From Eledone cirrhosa (Eukaryota), in contig OZ024742.1 in NCBI GenBank assembly GCA_964016885.1, positions 242,048,001 through 242,112,000 of the forward strand: a DNA stretch of 64,000 nucleotides. The letters run 5' to 3'. Every line of letters starts with the position of its first letter. Positions within the stretch are counted from its first letter, which is position 1. Shown in pieces: positions 58,069-64,000 of this stretch. A model generated the notes under the pieces. The model had not been told where the DNA came from, made no database searches, and was given only the letters and a program-made list of their open reading frames with translations. Both the position numbers and the translations under genes were made by a program.

Positions 58069-58320
58069 TCAGATGAAAGAATGGTATTTAACTAATGTAT
58101 CGGTACGTGATGGGGCCCACCCACAGCCCCAGGCGGACAGAATGGAGAAGGCGTTTCCCCGGAGGACGGCAAGGGAGACGCGCTGGAAAAGCCACTCCAA
58201 CTCGCGGGGCTCACACCTGCGGCTGGCCAGCTCAGCGCCTATGGTGGTGAGTAAGGAGGTAGCCCTGGGGCCGAGGACACCATAAGTCTCCACTGCCAGG
58301 GGAATGACCGCAAGCCTGTC
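58069..58320 (-). mobile_element. CRE-clade non-LTR retrotransposon 3' fragment
   Basis: PLAVETYGVLGPRATSLL...WLFQRVSLAVLRGNAFSIL, a GC-rich island. Confidence 0.8.
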
Positions 58321-61300
58321 GGAGTGCGACCGTCTGCACTTAGATCAGATTTACGTTGATGCCACTCTTATGTGGTTTCAAGTTTATAATACTGAAACAT
58401 TTACCTTGTAGATCTTTTGTGGCATAATATAATGTATCTATTTCTCTTCAGTTTCTTTTCAATGCAGTAGTTTCTTCATGTGTTATCAGATGAAGTTTGC
58501 TGTCTTAAAGCACATGTTTTTAACCGTTGCCGTGTACATGTAGTCGTACACAGTTTATATCTATTTTTGTTCCCCGAAATCAGTTTTATGCTTCTTTCAT
58601 TTTTCTCTGTTTTCATTCGTGGTTGCTGTTTTCGGTATAATTATGTTTTCTTTAACATTTGTTCATTAGTTGTTTTCGACTTTCATCTATTCTTAAACGG
58701 TTTATATACCTTCTACATTTGGTAGTTTTAACTATCTCCATTTTCTCTTTCTTAAATTTCTTAAATGAGAAGTTGTTTAAATGAACTCTGTATCAATATA
58801 ACATCATTATATGTTTGTCACTGTAAGATTTCATCCTGATGTCTCTAAAGGTATGTAATTAATATGTATCATAATTAACTCTACTGTTTATATGTATATC
58901 CTAAGAAATCCACCATACTTAAAGTAGTTATCGTTGTATTTATTGCACTCTTTCTACGACATTCGCTTTGATAAATGATAACATATCATCACTAAAACAA
59001 TCATTAGAAATCCCTCATATTTTCCGAAATGTCTTAGTTATAATGTGACTCTGCCGGGTACAGCATAAAGGCGATCTACAATATTGTATCAGGCCATATT
59101 TGCCCTAGGAACTCAAACACTGTACCGAGTTGGATCAGAAATAACAAGACTTTGAGTTGGGTTTCTGAAATAAACGACTATCATGAATTAATTGTTTACA
59201 GTATCTAACTTGGTTACAAACTATTCTGATTGACAAACACCTACATTGGGATGTCAACAACGAATGCACTAGAAATTCTGATATTTCCACTATAATGGTC
59301 AGATACTATCATGTTGCATACTGATTTGTGACATCTATGTACCAGTAAATCCTATAATATTACAGTGGGGTCTCATTCTCCCTGTGGCTTTATAATAACG
59401 GCATTTGCGTGTTATGTCCACATTTAGGTCAAGTAAATTCAGTAGTATCGACTGAATGTGACAGTGTTAGCTATTGAGTTAATTTGGAAAATGTATTAAG
59501 CTGAAAGCAATAGTATTCAAGGACGACATAATCTACATTTGTGTCAGGTTCAATTGTTAAAATGCAGCCTTTTTGGCTTTGATTCATTCGTAAATCCACT
59601 CATCTACATCTCGCATATATGAGGCCGGTGTATCTTGTGTATCATCCCAATCCATCCCGATTAGTAAAAGCTTTGAGGAGAATACAAACCGTATTGATGG
59701 ATATATTTAAACTTACAATGTGAAAATGAAATGCAAACATGGAAATGTAGATGCTATCGCAACATACTCATAGTGATATCTTGGTATTTTCAGAAGAATT
59801 ATTAATTATGACATATTAGGGAAATCTTCGTCAAATGAAAGCTCCCATGACTTGCATAAAAGGTAAAGAAGGATCTCACACAGTAAGCATAAACTTAACC
59901 AATGGATGTCATGATATTTAGTAACCATAGAAATCTTAATCCTATCTCTGGCATTTAGTCCTTAGCAAATTACAATTGCACGATGCAAAGTAGATCTAGA
60001 TTTTACTTTTGGTAAAGCAATTTATGATAGCTGGAGAAAGGTTGGTGAATGCCAAGGAAGCTTCAGACTTCAGCATTGGGGGTTCCCGCTTTTTCAAAGA
60101 ATTTAACAGTACATTCGGCAATTTATTGTCATTCAGTTAGTGAAATGTTACAGAGAATCGGCAAAACATACATTCCGAACTTTTGGGGCTTAGAAACCGT
60201 AAATGATAGATACTTTTACTATTTACAGACAGCATTCATGTTCTTTGCAAATATTACTAGCTAACCAGCTAAACACATCTGATTGAAAAAACAGGTTTTC
60301 AATAATTTCTGAATTTCTTCTCGACACAAAACATACAATATCTACAACAGCATACACGTTTTAATAATGTGTGCATGGGTGCATAGAGTATGCACTTTTA
60401 AATGCCTTCAAATTTCTCATCGAATTTTTGGTAAATTCAAGATCAAACACTAGTTAATTTCTTAATAGAGTTTGCAAATTAAGGCGAATGTTTTGATAAT
60501 TGTAAAGAGATTAAAGTTCAGGCAAGTTATATCTTAATCTATACTATATTTACAAAAATCATAGATAAACATTCATAATGATATATATAACCTAATGTAT
60601 ATATACATTTTAGATGTCATGCATTTTTGTATTTTCCTAATCAGCGAAGTTTAAGACTCATGATCTAGGTTCATAAGTCAAAAGTGGCCTCTTGTTGCTG
60701 TCTTATCTTGTTGATAAGACACTCCATCAAGATACCAACAAATATCTAACGCTTGTATGTTTCCTATTCATTCAGACGTATTCTTATCAAATTGAAATCC
60801 ACAAAACATCACAGGAGACGTTTTAGAATTAAATATTCTAACCTATGATCTTAGTTTAAAACTTGATTAATATAACGTTTTAACAACTGATTACGCGTAG
60901 AATATGTAATGTCTTAATTACGCTTTGAGTTTTATATTATGCGTGGGTTTAAGAGATGGGGCTGTGGTTAGGTGGAAGTGTTAGCAGGATTACCAATGGA
61001 AAATGATTAAATCTATTGCTTGTAACATACATTATTTCACATGCGGTGATTAGTTTTTCCTATAGTAGTTACAATTTACCTATTGGCGAAAATAGCAAGT
61101 TTAGAGAATGGCATGTGCATAATCCGTTATATTTGGCAAATTAAATTATACAAAGACGAAAACATGGTTTGCATTAGTTGATGGTGTTTTGCATATTGAA
61201 TACTCATTATAATTAGGGCTATTTAATTAGAACTCATTTTATTAAAATCGTTGGAATTTGAACACACAACCTAAATGCTTGATAGAAAACAATAAATGCC

Positions 61301-63378
61301 TTTAGTCAGAATACTATAGATTTGTTAGCTAAGATTAATATTGCATATATTAATTCTCAGTAAGGGGTATTAGTAAATCTTTATAAAGAAATTGAAAATA
61401 CTATGTATTGTTATGTTGTTAATTACGGACACGATACTTTGGACAAGTCAGATAATTCATTTGAATCTAATTTATAATTTAAATGATAACGCTTGCTGTA
61501 TTGAGATCAGTACGCTGGGTGAGGAGGTATGTTTGCCATGTGTTCATATTGCGAATATTATGGTACGTGGAAAACTTTTGTTATTCTTCTGATATGCATG
61601 TATATTTAGCAGTCATATACTCTGTTTCAGACCATTTACTTTATCATCGCCATATAAAATCACATCTAATGAAATTGAACTTCGATTTTCTATTACCCCA
61701 ATGAATAGCAATATAATGTATTGGTATAGGGTGATATCTGTTTAGCAGAGTATTTTATAGCGTAATACAATCTACAGTTACGGTAAATCACTCTGATCGG
61801 GTGGAATGTGTTGATACTTTAATGTGATGTAATTACTGATATTTTCCAACTAGCAAGCGTCATAATGTATATTAACACCACTGCGTATCTTCATTATATA
61901 TTTCAGATGTTTACTTCATTGACTGTCACTATGGTATACACTTTGATCTTAAGTATTGATTAGTCGCTTTTCAAATAAAAATTCAAAGAGATCCAGCCAG
62001 CCGAGAGGTCCTCCTCAACACATTGTCACGTAAAAAAACTATTCCGTAGATAAACGGCATGTAAAAAAAATATATGAGAAATCCATTGTTAAGTTCTCTT
62101 TTCAATGACATCAATCCAAACCTGTCACATTTAAGGGGAACTATATTATATATCTCTTTCCACAATCTTTCTGAATGTCTATTACATATTAATAATGCCT
62201 ATTACTTTAAAATGAGGCATTTCATGTTTCGGAAAGTTGGGATGATATCATATGGAAATAGAACAAGATATTCACATTTGAATAAAATAAATATCACATA
62301 GATAAATGCTATTTAGTAAATGGTAGTGAGGCAAATCGCAATGTCTGAAGAAATGAACAAAGAAAGCGTTGTCATCGGATCTGAGAAGCGAGTTCGTGTC
62401 TCGATAATGATATGATACATCCATGTTTACTCTCTTACCATTGATCAGAAAGTAATAACTTAATAGTGCAATGCAAAACGAACGCGAATAAACATTTTGA
62501 TAGTGAGCATTATCAAAGCAGAGACCTCACATATGAGAATAAATTATTTGAATATTATGATATTAAATAACGTACAAATTTATCGCTAAAGCATTTAATA
62601 TTACTATAATTTGGTTTGATTTCACATTTTCATATAATTGCATTAGGTATTGCATTTAACGGTATTACAGTCAAGAGATTTCATAACTTTAATATTGTAA
62701 TGCTCCACACAGGAACAACAATATACTGTGTCGAACATCATTTAATTTATTATTTCATCGAGTAATTTTCCCTAAAAGTTAGTAAAAGTCAACAAAGAAT
62801 GAAATATTCGAAAGAAGAGACTAATCTATCTCTATTTACTGAGTTGCATGGCCCCAAAAGAGAGAAATATAAATTATATGAATATTTATATTGGTTAAAA
62901 TTAATTATGCTGTTTGATGCAGTTTAATTATATTGATCAACAACATTAATATTTATTATTTCATTGGACCCATACAATAACCACGTAGTTGGGGAGAATA
63001 TATGATTAGTTTGACTTCAAAACACAGTTGGAATTCTGCTAAAGCGAATGTTAAAATGAGCGGTAGTGAAATTTGAACCTCGAAAAAGAATTAAAGAGAA
63101 ACAAAAAAGGCACTTTTATGAAATATAGATACGATTCCAAATCATTGAGGAAATTGGAAACTATTCTTTTTTACCTACTAAGACTTCTTCATTCAACTTG
63201 TTCAAATGAGCAACCACTATCACATATTATAATTGTATGCATGCAATAATGTTGATCAAACGCAAATCGATACACCAAGATCATGTTAATTTTCAGTATG
63301 TCAGTTTTCTTTTGGAGGAGTGGGGATATACTATCCGAAATTTCATGCAGCATCTATAACTACGATTTATAAAGTAAT

Positions 63379-63575
63379 TCTTCTTCTTCTTCTTCTTCTT
63401 CTTCTTCTTCTTCTTCTTCTTCTTCTTCTTCTTCTTCTTCTTCTTCTTCTTCTTCTTCTTCTTCTTCTTCTTCTTCTTCTTCTTCTTTGCCTACTTATTC
63501 CTGGGATCGTCCTGACGTCAGAATCCTCAAGCACATCCTTCAGCGAGTCCTATCAGAAGCAACTTTCCCTCATCT
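63379..63575 (-). mobile_element. LINE 3' end with an (AAG)n tail, related to ~16460-16588
   Basis: Minus strand ...GATAGGACTCGCTGAAGG...CCCAGGAATAAGTAGGCA(AAG)n. Confidence 0.55.
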
Positions 63576-64000
63576 AAGTATTCAGCCAGATTGACTGGAG
63601 CAAGGCGAAATAAAGTGTCTTGCTTACGGACAATACTCTGCCAGAAATCTAACTTAAGACTTACGGAATATTGCGCGAACACCCTAACCACTAAGCTATT
63701 CCCGCCTTCACATTAACATAAATACCAGCCATATATTTCTGTCGCTCAAATTTGCTATTAAACTCTCTTTGAAATGTGTGAATTCGTAATTATTTGCAAT
63801 CAATATTTATAAGGCGGCTCCCCATAGGGAAAATGATTTCCAGTTATAGATCAGCTATGAAAATAGAATAATGCGGAAAAAGCATTTAGTGTCACTTATT
63901 AGGTTTATTTACAATAGAGGTTTTGTAATTTGAAATTACTATAATTAATTATTGGGGAATTATTGGAGAATTATGATATATGCTAAGTGATTTGTTAGGA

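Overview
Eukaryotic, AT-rich, gene-free intergenic or intronic DNA saturated with (TA)n, (CA)n, (GA)n and trinucleotide microsatellites. The repeat content resembles an octopod cephalopod genome (inference). Almost all entries in the ORF track are microsatellite translations. The real content is transposon-derived: two decayed Penelope-like retroelements (PLEs) with RT/GIY-YIG remnants, fragments of RLE-, RTE- and CRE-type LINEs, tRNA-derived SINEs, two non-autonomous Helitrons, one hAT MITE with an 8-bp TSD, and 37-bp and 65-bp tandem arrays. The most striking signal is a dense set of short non-coding elements inserted in (TA)n tracts. They carry type I hammerhead ribozyme motifs: more than a dozen intact or near-intact cores from about 10 unrelated families, found by eye. 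They share one architecture: an inverted arm that ends on TA microhomology, a variable spacer (down to zero, giving perfect 116-bp and 356-bp palindromes), and a direct arm with a 3' tail. In one family the hairpin appears to fold back at ribozyme stem II and the arms co-vary between copies. All structures and coordinates were read manually and need computational confirmation.
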